Part shown: positions 46,636-57,079 of the stretch, piece by piece
How positions within the stretch are numbered: position 1 is the first letter of the stretch
Layout of the letters: the number at the start of each line of letters is the position of its first letter
DNA from: an uncultured Syntrophorhabdus sp.
GTDB lineage: Bacteria; Desulfobacterota; BSN033; UBA1163
Length of the DNA stretch: 64,000 bases
Direction: 5' to 3'
Assembly (NCBI GenBank): GCA_964477935.1
Contig: CAYZFX010000011.1
Location: 3,277-67,276 of the forward strand
Program-made: the position numbers and the translations under genes
Notes under the pieces: generated by a model
What the model saw: only the letters and a program-made list of their open reading frames with translations
The model's database searches: none
Told to the model about the DNA's origin: nothing

Positions 46636-48282
46636 TTACTTCTTACCTGTCCACTTCTCTCTTAACTGGTGGAGGGGAAATTGGTGGGTGTAAGGGACGA
46701 AGGCCAGGCTGACCTCACCCTGTTTCAGGATTTTTTCGAGAATCTCCTCGATCTCCTTCTTCGGGGCCAGTTCGAGACCCACGGCCTCATTACTCTTCCA
46801 GTCGAGGATCCAGATCTTCATCATGACCCGATGGGGGTCGCCGATGTTCTCAATGGCCTTTCGGGCCACTTCGGCCATCAGATCGATCGATTCGTTTAAT
46901 TCGATCTTCCTTCCCTTCATCGCCTGACGATGGTAGGCCATAACGGCATAGTAATCGAACCCTCTCTTTAAAGCCTCGGACAGCGTCTGGGAAAACCAGG
47001 CAACCCCGTTGGAGTCGTTCAGGATCGTTTCGAAAGAGAGGTTGAGCGCCACCTCCAACTTCGGATTGGACTCCCTTGCGGCTGAAACGAGGCGTTGCGC
47101 CACCTCCATGAGATAGACATTCTTCCACTTTGCCCACGTCCAGAACTGGTCGGTATATTCTTTCACATAATATTTCCCCGTTTCGGACTTAAAGGGTTCG
47201 ACGTAAAAGATATCTGGGTGGGGGGAGAATCCAAACTCTTTTAAGAAGGCCCGATTCGCCTCCGGACTGAAATCCTCGTTATGACGGAGGATGAGGTCGT
47301 CCTGAAGGAGGAGACCATCGATGGGATATCGAGCCAAGTCGCGGAAGAGCCCCTCAAGGCGCTTCAGCACATCGGGATGAAAGAGGTTGGATCCCCTTCC
47401 GATCTCCATCTTCTTCGTCTCAAAATTGTAGATCCGCGACCGATAGGAAGGGTTGGAATTTGTGCCGTAGGTCGCATAACGGGTGGTCATCCAAGCAAAG
47501 ATCCCGAGCCCCTGACGCCGTGCGATCTCGGCAATCTTTCCTAAAATATCGTCAACGACTGGCGCATGTTCCGTTTTGAAGAAGACGCCCTCCTCATGCC
47601 TGGGTTTCACAAACTTATACATCCGGTCGCCTCGATTCTGAAAGACCCGGACGATGAGGGTGTCCACGCCCGCCTCCTTCAATTCTTTCAACCTCTTCTC
47701 CACCTCCGCCCAGCTCTTTGCCTCGAGATAGGACATCTGAACGCAGATCCGCCTCTTGGCCCTGATGGCTGGAACTTTCTCCTGTTCCTGGATTGGAGGC
47801 TTGACGATCTCTTCCTTCTTCGTCTCCCCGGTGAATTTGAGGCTCTCTGTCCCCCCGGTTTCCTCGGCCTTTTTCGATTCTGGGAAAACGGCCTTGATTT
47901 CGACCACGGTCCCTATCGCTTCCTGCTTCGGTTTGAGGTTTTCCTTTGCAAGCCCCAGGCCTTGTCTCGACTCCTCTCTCCTGTCCCCTCCCGGGTAGGT
48001 GTCGAGGTAATACTCAAATTTCTGGACGGCCTCCTCATACCGTCCCATCTTTAAAAAACATTGTCCCATCATGTAGTGGGAGTAGGAGACGAGCTTGCTC
48101 TTGGGAAAGGACTGAATCAGTTTTGAAAATCCCTCGAGGGCCTCCTGATACCTCCCTTTGTAAAAAAACTCCATGGAAACATCATAGATCTCTCCTGGCC
48201 CCGGGGATTTTTCCTGCGCCCGGGATAGAACGGAGCCGAATGAGATCGCCAAGATCAAACAGAAAAGGAAGCTCTTCTTCAT
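46636..48282 (-). CDS. Exported TPR protein fused to a PgaB C-terminal-like (GH153/GHL13) TIM-barrel domain
   Basis: Signal peptide; TPRs (Y.EAL..F..LI..FP.S; Y.MGQC); Pro/Lys/Glu linker; then IFAWM, IDGLLLQDD...EDFS, QF..WAKWK, AWFSQ and DYYAVMA, colinear with E. coli PgaB-CTD as recalled. Confidence 0.8.
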   Translation of the reverse strand: MKKSFLFCLILAISFGSVLSRAQEKSPGPGEIYDVSMEFFYKGRYQEALEGFSKLIQSFPKSKLVSYSHYMMGQCFLKMGRYEEAVQKFEYYLDTYPGGDRREESRQGLGLAKENLKPKQEAIGTVVEIKAVFPESKKAEETGGTESLKFTGETKKEEIVKPPIQEQEKVPAIRAKRRICVQMSYLEAKSWAEVEKRLKELKEAGVDTLIVRVFQNRGDRMYKFVKPRHEEGVFFKTEHAPVVDDILGKIAEIARRQGLGIFAWMTTRYATYGTNSNPSYRSRIYNFETKKMEIGRGSNLFHPDVLKRLEGLFRDLARYPIDGLLLQDDLILRHNEDFSPEANRAFLKEFGFSPHPDIFYVEPFKSETGKYYVKEYTDQFWTWAKWKNVYLMEVAQRLVSAARESNPKLEVALNLSFETILNDSNGVAWFSQTLSEALKRGFDYYAVMAYHRQAMKGRKIELNESIDLMAEVARKAIENIGDPHRVMMKIWILDWKSNEAVGLELAPKKEIEEILEKILKQGEVSLAFVPYTHQFPLHQLREKWTGKK

Positions 48283-48290
48283 AAGACCCC

Positions 48291-49661
48291 CTATGTAAAA
48301 AGTCTCTCCACCGCCTCGCCGACGGTTTTGACACTGATCAATTCGATCGCCTTGGGTCTTTCCCTGATCATTTCCTGATTCTGCAGGGGCAGGAGGATCC
48401 TCTTAAAGCCCATTCGTAAGACCTCCTTCACCCTCAACTCGGGCTGGCTCACTCCCCTCACTTCACCGCCCAGCCCCACCTCTCCGAAAACAGCCATTTC
48501 CGGATCGATCACCCTGTCCCTGAAGCTGGAGCAGATTGCAGCGATCACGCCCAGATCCACACCGGGCTCCTCCACCCTCATCCCACCCGCGACATTGAGA
48601 AAGATGTCATGAGCGAAGAGATGGATTCCCAGCCGCTTTTCCATCACCGCCACCAGAAGCGATACCCGGTTGGCATCGACGCCTTGGGCCGTCCTACGGG
48701 GGACGCCGAAGTTGGTGGGAACGACCAGGGCCTGAAGTTCGATGAGGATCGGCCTGGAGCCTTCCATGCTGGGCAGGACGACCGAACCCGAAGTGGGATA
48801 AGTTCTGCCGGAAAGAAAGAATTCGGAAGGGCTCATCACCTCCCCCAGTCCGGAATCTTTCATCTCGAACACGCCGATTTCGTTGGTGGAACCGAAACGG
48901 TTCTTCACCGCCCTCAGGATCCTGAAGGCGTGGTTGGCCTCTCCTTCGATGTAGAGGACGGTATCGACCATATGTTCGAGGACTTTGGGACCGGCGATAG
49001 AACCCTCCTTGGTCACATGGCCGACGAGGAGGATGGGGATCGACCGACGTTTGGCCAGATAAAGGAGGCGACCGGTGGTCTCTTTCAGCTGGCTGATCGA
49101 ACCAGGCGTGGAGGGAAGCTCGGAGGAGTAGATGGTTTGAATCGAATCGACCACAACGGTAAAGGGTCTCAGAGTTTCGATGACCTGAAGGATCTTCTCG
49201 AGGGAGGTTTCAGACATCAGGAGGAGGTCGTTGGATGAGATGCCCAACCGGTCCGCCCTCATCTTCGACTGCTGAAGCGATTCCTCCCCAGAGATATAGA
49301 GGACCTTTTTTCCTTTTAAGGCGAGGCTGTTCATCACCTGAAGCAGGAGGGTCGACTTTCCAATACCAGGATCCCCCCCGACCAGGACGACCGATCCGTA
49401 AACGAGGCCACCTCCCAGGACCCGATCGAATTCACCGATGCCGATTGGACATCTTCCTTTCTCTTCGGCAATGATCTCGGTGACTGGCGTGGGTTGAGCC
49501 TGGGCTTCGAAACTCAGGTCTTCTCGCAGATGGGCCTTTTCCTCTACGATCTGTTCCTCAACGAGGGTATTCCATCCCTGACACCCCGGGCACTTTCCCA
49601 ACCATTTGGGGGCCTGATATCCGCAGGATTGGCAGACGAACTGGATCTTTCCTTTGGCCAT
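48291..49661 (-). CDS. radA: DNA repair protein RadA/Sms
   Basis: CxxC-x10-CxxC zinc finger, GDPGIGKST, KNRFG and Lon-like C-terminus. Confidence 0.97.
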   Translation of the reverse strand: MAKGKIQFVCQSCGYQAPKWLGKCPGCQGWNTLVEEQIVEEKAHLREDLSFEAQAQPTPVTEIIAEEKGRCPIGIGEFDRVLGGGLVYGSVVLVGGDPGIGKSTLLLQVMNSLALKGKKVLYISGEESLQQSKMRADRLGISSNDLLLMSETSLEKILQVIETLRPFTVVVDSIQTIYSSELPSTPGSISQLKETTGRLLYLAKRRSIPILLVGHVTKEGSIAGPKVLEHMVDTVLYIEGEANHAFRILRAVKNRFGSTNEIGVFEMKDSGLGEVMSPSEFFLSGRTYPTSGSVVLPSMEGSRPILIELQALVVPTNFGVPRRTAQGVDANRVSLLVAVMEKRLGIHLFAHDIFLNVAGGMRVEEPGVDLGVIAAICSSFRDRVIDPEMAVFGEVGLGGEVRGVSQPELRVKEVLRMGFKRILLPLQNQEMIRERPKAIELISVKTVGEAVERLFT

Positions 49662-49739
49662 GGGAACGAGATCTCTCCCTCTCGATCTTCCTCAATCTGA
49701 GGGAGACACGGGGGAATCGCCCTCAGAAGGAATGGGTGG

Positions 49740-49769
49740 ATTTTAACAAAAACCCCCTTCAGAGGTCAA
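49740..49769 (-). promoter_or_regulatory. sigma70 promoter of radA
   Basis: TTGACC-N18-TAAAAT with extended TG. Confidence 0.55.
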
Positions 49770-49856
49770 AACATCTTTTTTTGGGAAGATGAGCAAGAAA
49801 AGATGGTGGCGTCCAGTTCATTTTACAGAGGAAGGGATCGGGAGAGGGGGAAGAGA

Positions 49857-50843
49857 TCAGAAGCGGAAAAGGGCGGCTCCCCAGGTCAATCCCGCCCCAA
49901 AAGAGTTGGCCAGGACGAGATCGCCCTTTTTGATCCTTCCGTCCCGCACGGCTTCGTCCAGGGCCATGGGGATCGAAGCGGCAGAGGTGTTCCCATACTT
50001 ATGGACGGTGACGATAACCTTCTCGGAAGGGATTCCAAGTCTTTCAGCCACCACATCCATGATCCGGATGTTGGCCTGGTGGGGGATGAACCAGTCAATG
50101 TCGTCACTCGTGAACCCGTGCTGGTTCATGATCTTCTGGGCGGAGCTGACCAGCGTCCGCACCGCATGTTTGAAGACTTCGTTGCCGTTCATCCGGACAT
50201 ATTGGAGCCTCTTGTCCAGCATTTCATAAGAGGGCGGGATGCGGGATCCGCCGCCTGGGACGTGAATGAGATGCCAGAGGTCCCCATCGGATTCGATGTC
50301 CGTCGATAAGATCTCCCCGGCGTCATTCCCGTTGGCATGGGTGAGGACAACCGCGCCCGCTCCATCGCCGAAAAGGACGCAGGTGCTCCGGTCCTGAAAA
50401 TCGAGTCGGTTCGAAACGATCTCCCCCCCTACCACCAGCGCGGTTTGATAGGTGCCATCCTGGAGAAACTTCTGGGCCACTGCCAACCCATAGATGAAGC
50501 CCGGGCAGGCGGCATTCACATCGAAGGCCACCGCCTTTTTAGCTCCCAATCGGTGCTGGACGAGACAGCCTGTCGAGGGGCTGAGCATATCCGCGGTGGA
50601 GGTCCCGATGACGATCAGATCTAACGCATCCGCGGGGACGTCGGCCATCTGAAGGGCGGAGGCCGAGGCGAGGGTCGCTAAATCCGACATCGCCTGGCCC
50701 TTCTCGATCATCCTGCGCTCTTTGATCCCTGTCCGGGTGGTGATCCAATCGTCGCTGGTATCAAGGATCGTTTCAAAATAGGCATTCGGGACAACCCGTT
50801 CAGGTGCAAAGGATCCTGTCCCTTTAATAGCCACTTTCTTCAA
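49857..50843 (-). CDS. fabH: 3-oxoacyl-ACP synthase III
   Basis: DTSDDWITTRTGI, AACPGF (Cys), LFGDGAGA, PHQAN (His), GNTSAASIP (Asn) and FGAGLTWG. Confidence 0.96.
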   Translation of the reverse strand: MKKVAIKGTGSFAPERVVPNAYFETILDTSDDWITTRTGIKERRMIEKGQAMSDLATLASASALQMADVPADALDLIVIGTSTADMLSPSTGCLVQHRLGAKKAVAFDVNAACPGFIYGLAVAQKFLQDGTYQTALVVGGEIVSNRLDFQDRSTCVLFGDGAGAVVLTHANGNDAGEILSTDIESDGDLWHLIHVPGGGSRIPPSYEMLDKRLQYVRMNGNEVFKHAVRTLVSSAQKIMNQHGFTSDDIDWFIPHQANIRIMDVVAERLGIPSEKVIVTVHKYGNTSAASIPMALDEAVRDGRIKKGDLVLANSFGAGLTWGAALFRF

Positions 50844-50891
50844 ACCTGTCCCCCTGAACGTCTTTCTCCCTTCAAAAATGAATACTCTCTT

Positions 50892-52253
50892 TTATATCCC
50901 ATTCTTCTCAATTTTTCCAGAATCGATTGAAATTTCTTTGATCAGCAGGTGGGGGGCTTTTTCAAGTTTTTGGGCAAGTTCGCCTGAATCGTCATGGGCG
51001 GTCACTACCCTTTCTGAGGAACGCCTCTCTCCGTAGGAGATCCCTCGTCGTTCATAAGCGTCGAAGATGTCTTTCACGGTGAGGGATTCAATATTCCGGC
51101 CAGGTTGATAGGTGGCTGGCTCTTTTATCCCACCTGTGACCTCGACCACCAGACCGGCCTCCATCCATTCCTCGAGGAGTTGTTGGACCAGACGAAGGGG
51201 AATCCTCAACTGGCCGGAGATCTCCGTTGCCGTCGGAGCGCTCTCCCCCTGGGAAAATCGCTGGACCAGAAGATGAAAGACCCGGAAGGCCAGAAGCCTT
51301 CTGAAGGCGAAGCTCAGCCGGGAGTAGTTCGGGTGAAAGCCGTAGGTCTCGATGTGTCCACGGGCGAAGGAGATCTCTGCCCCGAAGAGGACGATCATCC
51401 AGCTCATCTGAAGCATCGCCAAAAAGAGGGGGAGGGCCGCAAAACTGCCGTAGATGGCGCCGTAACTGGCTGCCCCGATCTGGAATTTGATATAGGCCCA
51501 CTGGACGATTTGAGCGATCGTCCCGGCCACGATTCCTCCGAGGATGGCTGACTTGAGGGGGATCCGGGTGTTGGGCATCACCAGATAGACCAGGGTCAAC
51601 AGTGCCCAGATGGAGACATAGGGAAGGAGATTGAGCAGAAAGAGGATCGCCTGGCTGAAAATGCCCAGGAGGGCAATTTTGCTCATGATGACCTTGATCT
51701 GACTGGCGATAAGGACCGTGGCGCTGCCTGAGATGATGAGCAAGACGGGGGCGAAGACCATGATGGAAATATAATCGCTAAATTTTCTTACAAGGCCCCT
51801 GGCCCGCTTCACCCCCCAGATCTCATTGAGGGACTCTTCAATCTTCCCTAAGATGGAGACCACGGTCCAGAAGAGCAGGACCACGCCCACCCCCGCAATC
51901 ACCCCGCCCTTGGCCTGTTCGAGAAGCCTGTGAGAAAAGGTGAGAATCTGGTGGGTGAGTTCGGGTTGGAGATTTGCCTGCTGGGAGATCTGAAGAATCT
52001 GTTTTTCGATCAGTTTCTCAAGACCGAACCCCTTGGAGATGGCAAAGGCCACCGCCACGATCGGAACGATATTGAGGAGTGTATAGTAGGTTAAAACTGC
52101 CGCTGTCTTTTGGCAGCGGTGCCTTAAAAATCCTTGAGCGGCTAAGAGGATCACCCTCAGAAATTTAATCCAAAGACCCTCAAGGTGAGGCGTCTCTCTT
52201 AATCGGATCTCCCAGATGCCGGTGTTAAAAAAGTGAACGATGGAGGATATCAT
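50892..52253 (-). CDS. YihY/BrkB (virulence factor BrkB family) membrane protein with C-terminal HTH
   Basis: AAVLTYYTLL.IVP, IE.SLN.IW, Y..MPNT, YGAIYGSFAALP.FL and W.IVLFGAE motifs. Confidence 0.9.
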   Translation of the reverse strand: MISSIVHFFNTGIWEIRLRETPHLEGLWIKFLRVILLAAQGFLRHRCQKTAAVLTYYTLLNIVPIVAVAFAISKGFGLEKLIEKQILQISQQANLQPELTHQILTFSHRLLEQAKGGVIAGVGVVLLFWTVVSILGKIEESLNEIWGVKRARGLVRKFSDYISIMVFAPVLLIISGSATVLIASQIKVIMSKIALLGIFSQAILFLLNLLPYVSIWALLTLVYLVMPNTRIPLKSAILGGIVAGTIAQIVQWAYIKFQIGAASYGAIYGSFAALPLFLAMLQMSWMIVLFGAEISFARGHIETYGFHPNYSRLSFAFRRLLAFRVFHLLVQRFSQGESAPTATEISGQLRIPLRLVQQLLEEWMEAGLVVEVTGGIKEPATYQPGRNIESLTVKDIFDAYERRGISYGERRSSERVVTAHDDSGELAQKLEKAPHLLIKEISIDSGKIEKNGI

Positions 52254-52286
52254 GTCCTTACTTCGCCTGGGATTTTACCTTCCGGC

Positions 52287-52745
52287 TTAGGTCCCTCCCC
52301 TCAGATCAGTCGTGCAGTGGGGGCACCGGATAGCTTTGATGGGGATGGTAGAGAAGCAGTAACTACACTCTTTAGTGGTGGGAGCCGGAGACGGAGCCTG
52401 CTCCAGACGCCTCAAGCGATTGACGGTCCGGACCAGGAGGAAGACCGAAAAAGCCACGATGACAAAGCTGATGATGGTGTTGACGAAGACTCCCACATTG
52501 ATCGTCACCGCCCCTGCCGCTTTGGCCGCGGCTAACGAAGCGTAAGGTCCCGCCACCTTGCCCTCCTTGAGGACAAGAAAGAGGTTGGAAAAATCGACAC
52601 TGCCGAGAAGCAGACCGATCGGTGGCATGATCATATCCTGCACCAGTGAGTTGACGATGGTTCCAAAGGCGGCCCCCATGATGATCCCCACTGCCATGTC
52701 CAACACATTTCCCCTCATCGCAAATTCTTTGAAGTCTTTCAGCAT
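52287..52745 (-). CDS. mscL: Large-conductance mechanosensitive channel
   Basis: [31 protein letters not shown]; C-terminal CxxC...CxxC tail. Confidence 0.96.
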   Translation of the reverse strand: MLKDFKEFAMRGNVLDMAVGIIMGAAFGTIVNSLVQDMIMPPIGLLLGSVDFSNLFLVLKEGKVAGPYASLAAAKAAGAVTINVGVFVNTIISFVIVAFSVFLLVRTVNRLRRLEQAPSPAPTTKECSYCFSTIPIKAIRCPHCTTDLRGGT

Positions 52746-52774
52746 GATCCCTTCCTCCTTTGTCGCATATGGAT

Positions 52775-55700
52775 CTATTTTAACTTCAACTCCACCCGAC
52801 TCTCTTTCAGCTTCTCTTTTTTTTCCGGTGCGAGCGATTTGGGCTCGACGATGAAGATCCTCTCGGCCTCCACCGGACCCGCCTTGACGATGGCCTCTTT
52901 GACCGCCATCGCCCTCTGGGAGGCAAGGGTTCTCAAATCCCCGTCACGGATCTCTAAATGGGTCAGGATCAACTTTTCCATCTCAGGGACGGGAAGGTCT
53001 TTGGGCAGGCCCAAGACGTTCTTGGGTTTGGGAAACATCTCCTCTTTATAGGCCAACTTCAGATATCTCTCGTATTCCTGTTTTTCGATCTTCACCTCAT
53101 CCACCGGGATCGGCGGCTGTCCCCTCTTGACCATCTCCTTCAGTTTCTGGGCCTTCAATTTTCTCTGGAAGAAAAGCTGTTTCAATCCCTCTCGATCCTT
53201 CTCCATGTCCACGTATCCCACGATATCGAGCTTGAGGCCAGGTCGGTCATTCAGGGCTTTTGCCATGGCATTGACCTTTTTGGCATTGGGCTCCGTGAGG
53301 GTCGCGCTTCCATAATCGAATTCGAGGAGACTGAGTTCTTCCCCCCCTCCGACAAGGGCGCCCAGAAGGGCAAAAGGGGAGGTCGCTGCTTTGGCAATCA
53401 GGTTGACGAGGATCTGCAGAATGATTCTCCAGAGGCTGAATTTGGGATCATCGAGGCTTCCCGAAACCGGGATGTCCAGTTTAATCTCCCCCTTCCGGTC
53501 TTTCAGGAGAGCCACCGCGAGCTTCACAGGTAACTTGGTTGCCTGAGGGCTTTCCACCCTTTCCCCGAAATTGAACTGATCGATGAAAATCTCGTTCTTC
53601 GCCTCGAGCTTCCTCTTGTCGATCAGATAACTCAAGTCGAAGGAGAGCTTTCCCTTCTCCACCGTATAGCCCACATATTTTCCTGAGTAGGGCGTCAGCG
53701 GACTGAGCTCCATATCCTTGAATCGCGCCTTGATATCCACATAGAGATCCTCCTTCAGGGGATTGATCTTACCCGTGATCTCGAGGGGAGCGAAACCGTC
53801 CAGCTTGGTGCGGAGTTCCAGATCGGCTCGAGAGGTCTCTTCAGAAGAAAGCCCGGAGATTCTGCCACCGATCTCGGCCAGTTTCGCAGAGTATTCCGGC
53901 TGAACAGAACGATCCAGAAAGACCACCTCCCCTCCCTGTAGGGTGACGGTTCCGATCCGGATCGTTTTGGAGGGCCCAACCGGCTTCTTCTCGGGCAAAG
54001 GAGCAGGGGGGGCTTCTTTCTTGGAGGAGGGCTCTTTATCGACTTCCTCCGTTCCGAAGACCTGTTGAAGGTTGAGAATCCCTTCCGGCTGGACGACGAC
54101 ACGGGCGTAGAAATTACTCAATGCGATTCCACCGATGTCCAGGGAGAAGGGATCCGAACTGAAGCGGAGGTTTTCCAGAGCGAGGGATTCCAGTCTCAGA
54201 AAGTCTTCTGCCTTCTTCTGGTCAAGGGAAGCCAAACGGGTCAAGGAGGCCTTCCCGGAGTAGACCGTTTTGAACTCCTTCCTGTCTGACATCCCAAGGG
54301 TGACGTTGCCGACCGTGTGAAGGGCACCATCGGTCACCATGACCTTTATTTTATCTCTAAAATAAGGCTGAAATGGCTGGATCTCGATCTCTCTAAATTC
54401 CACGTTAAGGTCCGCTGAAAGGGGGTTCATCCCGATGGCCCCACCCAAAGAGACCATTCCTTTTTGATTCAGGCGCAGGGCCAGCGCGACATGGCCTTTC
54501 TGGTTTTGATCCGTTGAAAGGTTCTCCACCTTCAGTCGAAATTCATCGATCATCAGGCTCACAGGCTCTGTGAGCGTCTGGTCTTCGCCCGTGATCCTAT
54601 AGCCATCCACGGATAGCCTTCCCACCTTGACCAGCCAGGGTTTTTCCGAAACCCCTGTTTTTCCCTCGGCGGGTTTTGCCTCCGGTTTGCTCTCCTTCTC
54701 GTCCTCCTTGTTCGGTTCCGGTAGGAGCGTCATCAGGTTGATCTTCCCATCTTTCTGGCGGCGGATCAGGAAAGCTCCTTTCTGAGTTGCAAACTCACCC
54801 ACTAAGATCTCCTTCTGATTGAGATCGACCGAGGCATTTTTGACCGTCAGCGAAGGGATATCCACGAGGACTTCCTCCTCCCCCTTCTTTTTCAACTTCA
54901 GATTCCTCAAAGCGGCGGCCAATCCTGAAAGCCTCGTAAAAGCATCCTTATCCGTTTTTCTGTATTGATAGTGGGTCGAGACATCGAACTCGCCCTCAGC
55001 AATCTTTAAGAGGACCTGATCCTGATAGTAGGGCGCATACTGGTTTAAGACGATCCGTTTGATTTCTAAGGAGCCTTCTATTCGAAGGGGATCGATCCCG
55101 ATCATAGCTTGAGTCGAAAGGGTCGTCCCCTTGTCGAGGAGGAGGGAGAGGGACAATGTCCCTGAGACATTCTTCGCCGTGGAAAGATTTTCCCCTTGGA
55201 TCGTGATCCTCTCAGCCGTCAGGGCCGTAGGCTCTGAAGGGGTTTGATCTTTCATCGTGATGGCATATTGATCCACGAAGAGAGAATTCAGGGCGAGGAT
55301 CCAGGGCTTCTCCCCTCCCTTTCCTTTCTCCTTTTCCGGTTGAGTCTTTTCAGGTGGAACCGGGGCCAGAAGCTTCATCACGTCGAATTCCCCATTCTTG
55401 AGCCGGTTAAAGGTCAACCTCCCCTTTTCCGTTGTGACCGCGCCCAGGGTGACTCTTTTCTGATCCATATCCACCTGGGCGTTCTTCACGGAGAGGATGG
55501 GGAGCTTCAAGAAATCTTCCTCCTCTCCCTCACGTTTGAGCCTCAGGGAGGTCAGCAGGAGGGATAGGGAAGATAAAGAGATCTCTGGACCCTTCTCCCC
55601 TTGGGCGTATCGATACCGGGTGCCGAAGTCCAGACGGCCTTCCTCAAGGTTGAAGAGGATTCGTTCCTGATAGTAAGGGGAATATTTCGGCAGGGGAATG

Positions 55701-57055
55701 GATTTGATCTCCAACCTCCCTTCCGCCCAGAGGGGTTCAAGGGTGAGTTCTCCCTCCAGCGTGATCGTCTCCTTGACTTCCGAGGTGACCGAGAGCGAAT
55801 AGTTCGTCTTTTTCTCTTTTCCATTGCTGAAGGGGGCGATCTTCAATTCGACGGGGGTGAGGACTGTTTTAAAGGGTTTACGGGTGGAGAGATCGGTGAA
55901 GGAGACCTTTCCTCCAACCAGCACCACTTCGTCAATATCGAGAGAGAGAAGGGATGGGCCCGCCTTTTTCTCGGCTGAAGGAGCTGGGGGGACCTCTTTC
56001 TTCTCGGGGAGGAAGACATCGGTGTTGAAGGATCCCTCTGGTCCTCGTGTGACATCGAGTTCCGGCGAGTAGATCTCGACCTTCGAGAGATGAAAGGCCA
56101 TCCGGAGGGGTTCGGTGGGCGCGAATCCGATGTCGAGCCGGGAAAGCCTGAAGAGGGGATTTTTCTTCTGGTCCTCCAGGACGACTTTTTTCAAAGAAAG
56201 ATTGCCCGTGACGGTGAGGGAGGGTTGTTTATCCCGGTGTTGAACAAATGATAATTTGGTCTGGACATCGAGCCACGCAGAGACGATGTTGAAATTCAAT
56301 TTCACGGGAAGGTAGGCCAGATAATAAGGAATATCCAGATCGTTGATGTGGATGTCGAAAGTGGTTTCAAGGGTATCGCGAAAGGGTTTCGTATTTCCTC
56401 GGAGCTGATAGGGGGTCTCGTTGACCTTGGCAGAGAAGGCAGGCTGGACGAAAATATCGATGTAAGCGGGGATATTGGAGAGGAAGGGAATTCCGATGGT
56501 TAATTCCCTGACCGTATGCCTCGTCTTTTTGGGGCCGTCCCAGAAGTCGATGCTTCCCTCGATGATGCGAATGTTGTTGAGGGAGAACCTTAGGGGCTTC
56601 GGTTTCTCCGGCGGTACCTTCGGGGGTTGGGATACCTTTTTTTCAAGCAAGTCGGAGAAATTATAGGTCTCGTCTTCGTTCCTTACGATCCGGACATAGG
56701 GTCTGCTCAAACGGATCTCTTTCAGGATGAGCGCCAGCCGCGGAAGGGATAGACTTTGGAAGTTGACATAAAGTTCGTCAAAGGAGAGAAACGTCTCGGA
56801 ACTTTGGCGATCCTTCATCTGGAAGCCTTTGATCGTTAACGAGAGGGAGTAGGGGTTCAATTTGAGCTGAGAGATCGTCACCTCGCGATGGAGATTCTCC
56901 GATAACTTCTGAACCAAGACCGATTTCAAGATGGGAGGGATAGCGAAAAAACCCCCGAAAGTGAAGAGGGCAAAGAAAAGAAGGATTCCGATGAGGATCT
57001 TCTTGAGGCGGGGCCTTATTTTATTTCGATAAATCCCGATGATCCTCCCCAACAT
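52775..57055 (-). CDS. Multi-DUF748 (AsmA-like) protein with C-terminal OmpA-like region
   Basis: N-terminal TM (GFFAIP), NFSDL, at least four internal repeats (ENLS...PL...PY..PY), [32 protein letters not shown] and LA..RA..VK. Start set at ATG 57055 after GGAGG. Confidence 0.88.
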   Translation of the reverse strand: MLGRIIGIYRNKIRPRLKKILIGILLFFALFTFGGFFAIPPILKSVLVQKLSENLHREVTISQLKLNPYSLSLTIKGFQMKDRQSSETFLSFDELYVNFQSLSLPRLALILKEIRLSRPYVRIVRNEDETYNFSDLLEKKVSQPPKVPPEKPKPLRFSLNNIRIIEGSIDFWDGPKKTRHTVRELTIGIPFLSNIPAYIDIFVQPAFSAKVNETPYQLRGNTKPFRDTLETTFDIHINDLDIPYYLAYLPVKLNFNIVSAWLDVQTKLSFVQHRDKQPSLTVTGNLSLKKVVLEDQKKNPLFRLSRLDIGFAPTEPLRMAFHLSKVEIYSPELDVTRGPEGSFNTDVFLPEKKEVPPAPSAEKKAGPSLLSLDIDEVVLVGGKVSFTDLSTRKPFKTVLTPVELKIAPFSNGKEKKTNYSLSVTSEVKETITLEGELTLEPLWAEGRLEIKSIPLPKYSPYYQERILFNLEEGRLDFGTRYRYAQGEKGPEISLSSLSLLLTSLRLKREGEEEDFLKLPILSVKNAQVDMDQKRVTLGAVTTEKGRLTFNRLKNGEFDVMKLLAPVPPEKTQPEKEKGKGGEKPWILALNSLFVDQYAITMKDQTPSEPTALTAERITIQGENLSTAKNVSGTLSLSLLLDKGTTLSTQAMIGIDPLRIEGSLEIKRIVLNQYAPYYQDQVLLKIAEGEFDVSTHYQYRKTDKDAFTRLSGLAAALRNLKLKKKGEEEVLVDIPSLTVKNASVDLNQKEILVGEFATQKGAFLIRRQKDGKINLMTLLPEPNKEDEKESKPEAKPAEGKTGVSEKPWLVKVGRLSVDGYRITGEDQTLTEPVSLMIDEFRLKVENLSTDQNQKGHVALALRLNQKGMVSLGGAIGMNPLSADLNVEFREIEIQPFQPYFRDKIKVMVTDGALHTVGNVTLGMSDRKEFKTVYSGKASLTRLASLDQKKAEDFLRLESLALENLRFSSDPFSLDIGGIALSNFYARVVVQPEGILNLQQVFGTEEVDKEPSSKKEAPPAPLPEKKPVGPSKTIRIGTVTLQGGEVVFLDRSVQPEYSAKLAEIGGRISGLSSEETSRADLELRTKLDGFAPLEITGKINPLKEDLYVDIKARFKDMELSPLTPYSGKYVGYTVEKGKLSFDLSYLIDKRKLEAKNEIFIDQFNFGERVESPQATKLPVKLAVALLKDRKGEIKLDIPVSGSLDDPKFSLWRIILQILVNLIAKAATSPFALLGALVGGGEELSLLEFDYGSATLTEPNAKKVNAMAKALNDRPGLKLDIVGYVDMEKDREGLKQLFFQRKLKAQKLKEMVKRGQPPIPVDEVKIEKQEYERYLKLAYKEEMFPKPKNVLGLPKDLPVPEMEKLILTHLEIRDGDLRTLASQRAMAVKEAIVKAGPVEAERIFIVEPKSLAPEKKEKLKESRVELKLK

Positions 57056-57079
57056 ACGACCACCCTCCAAGGTTCCATC

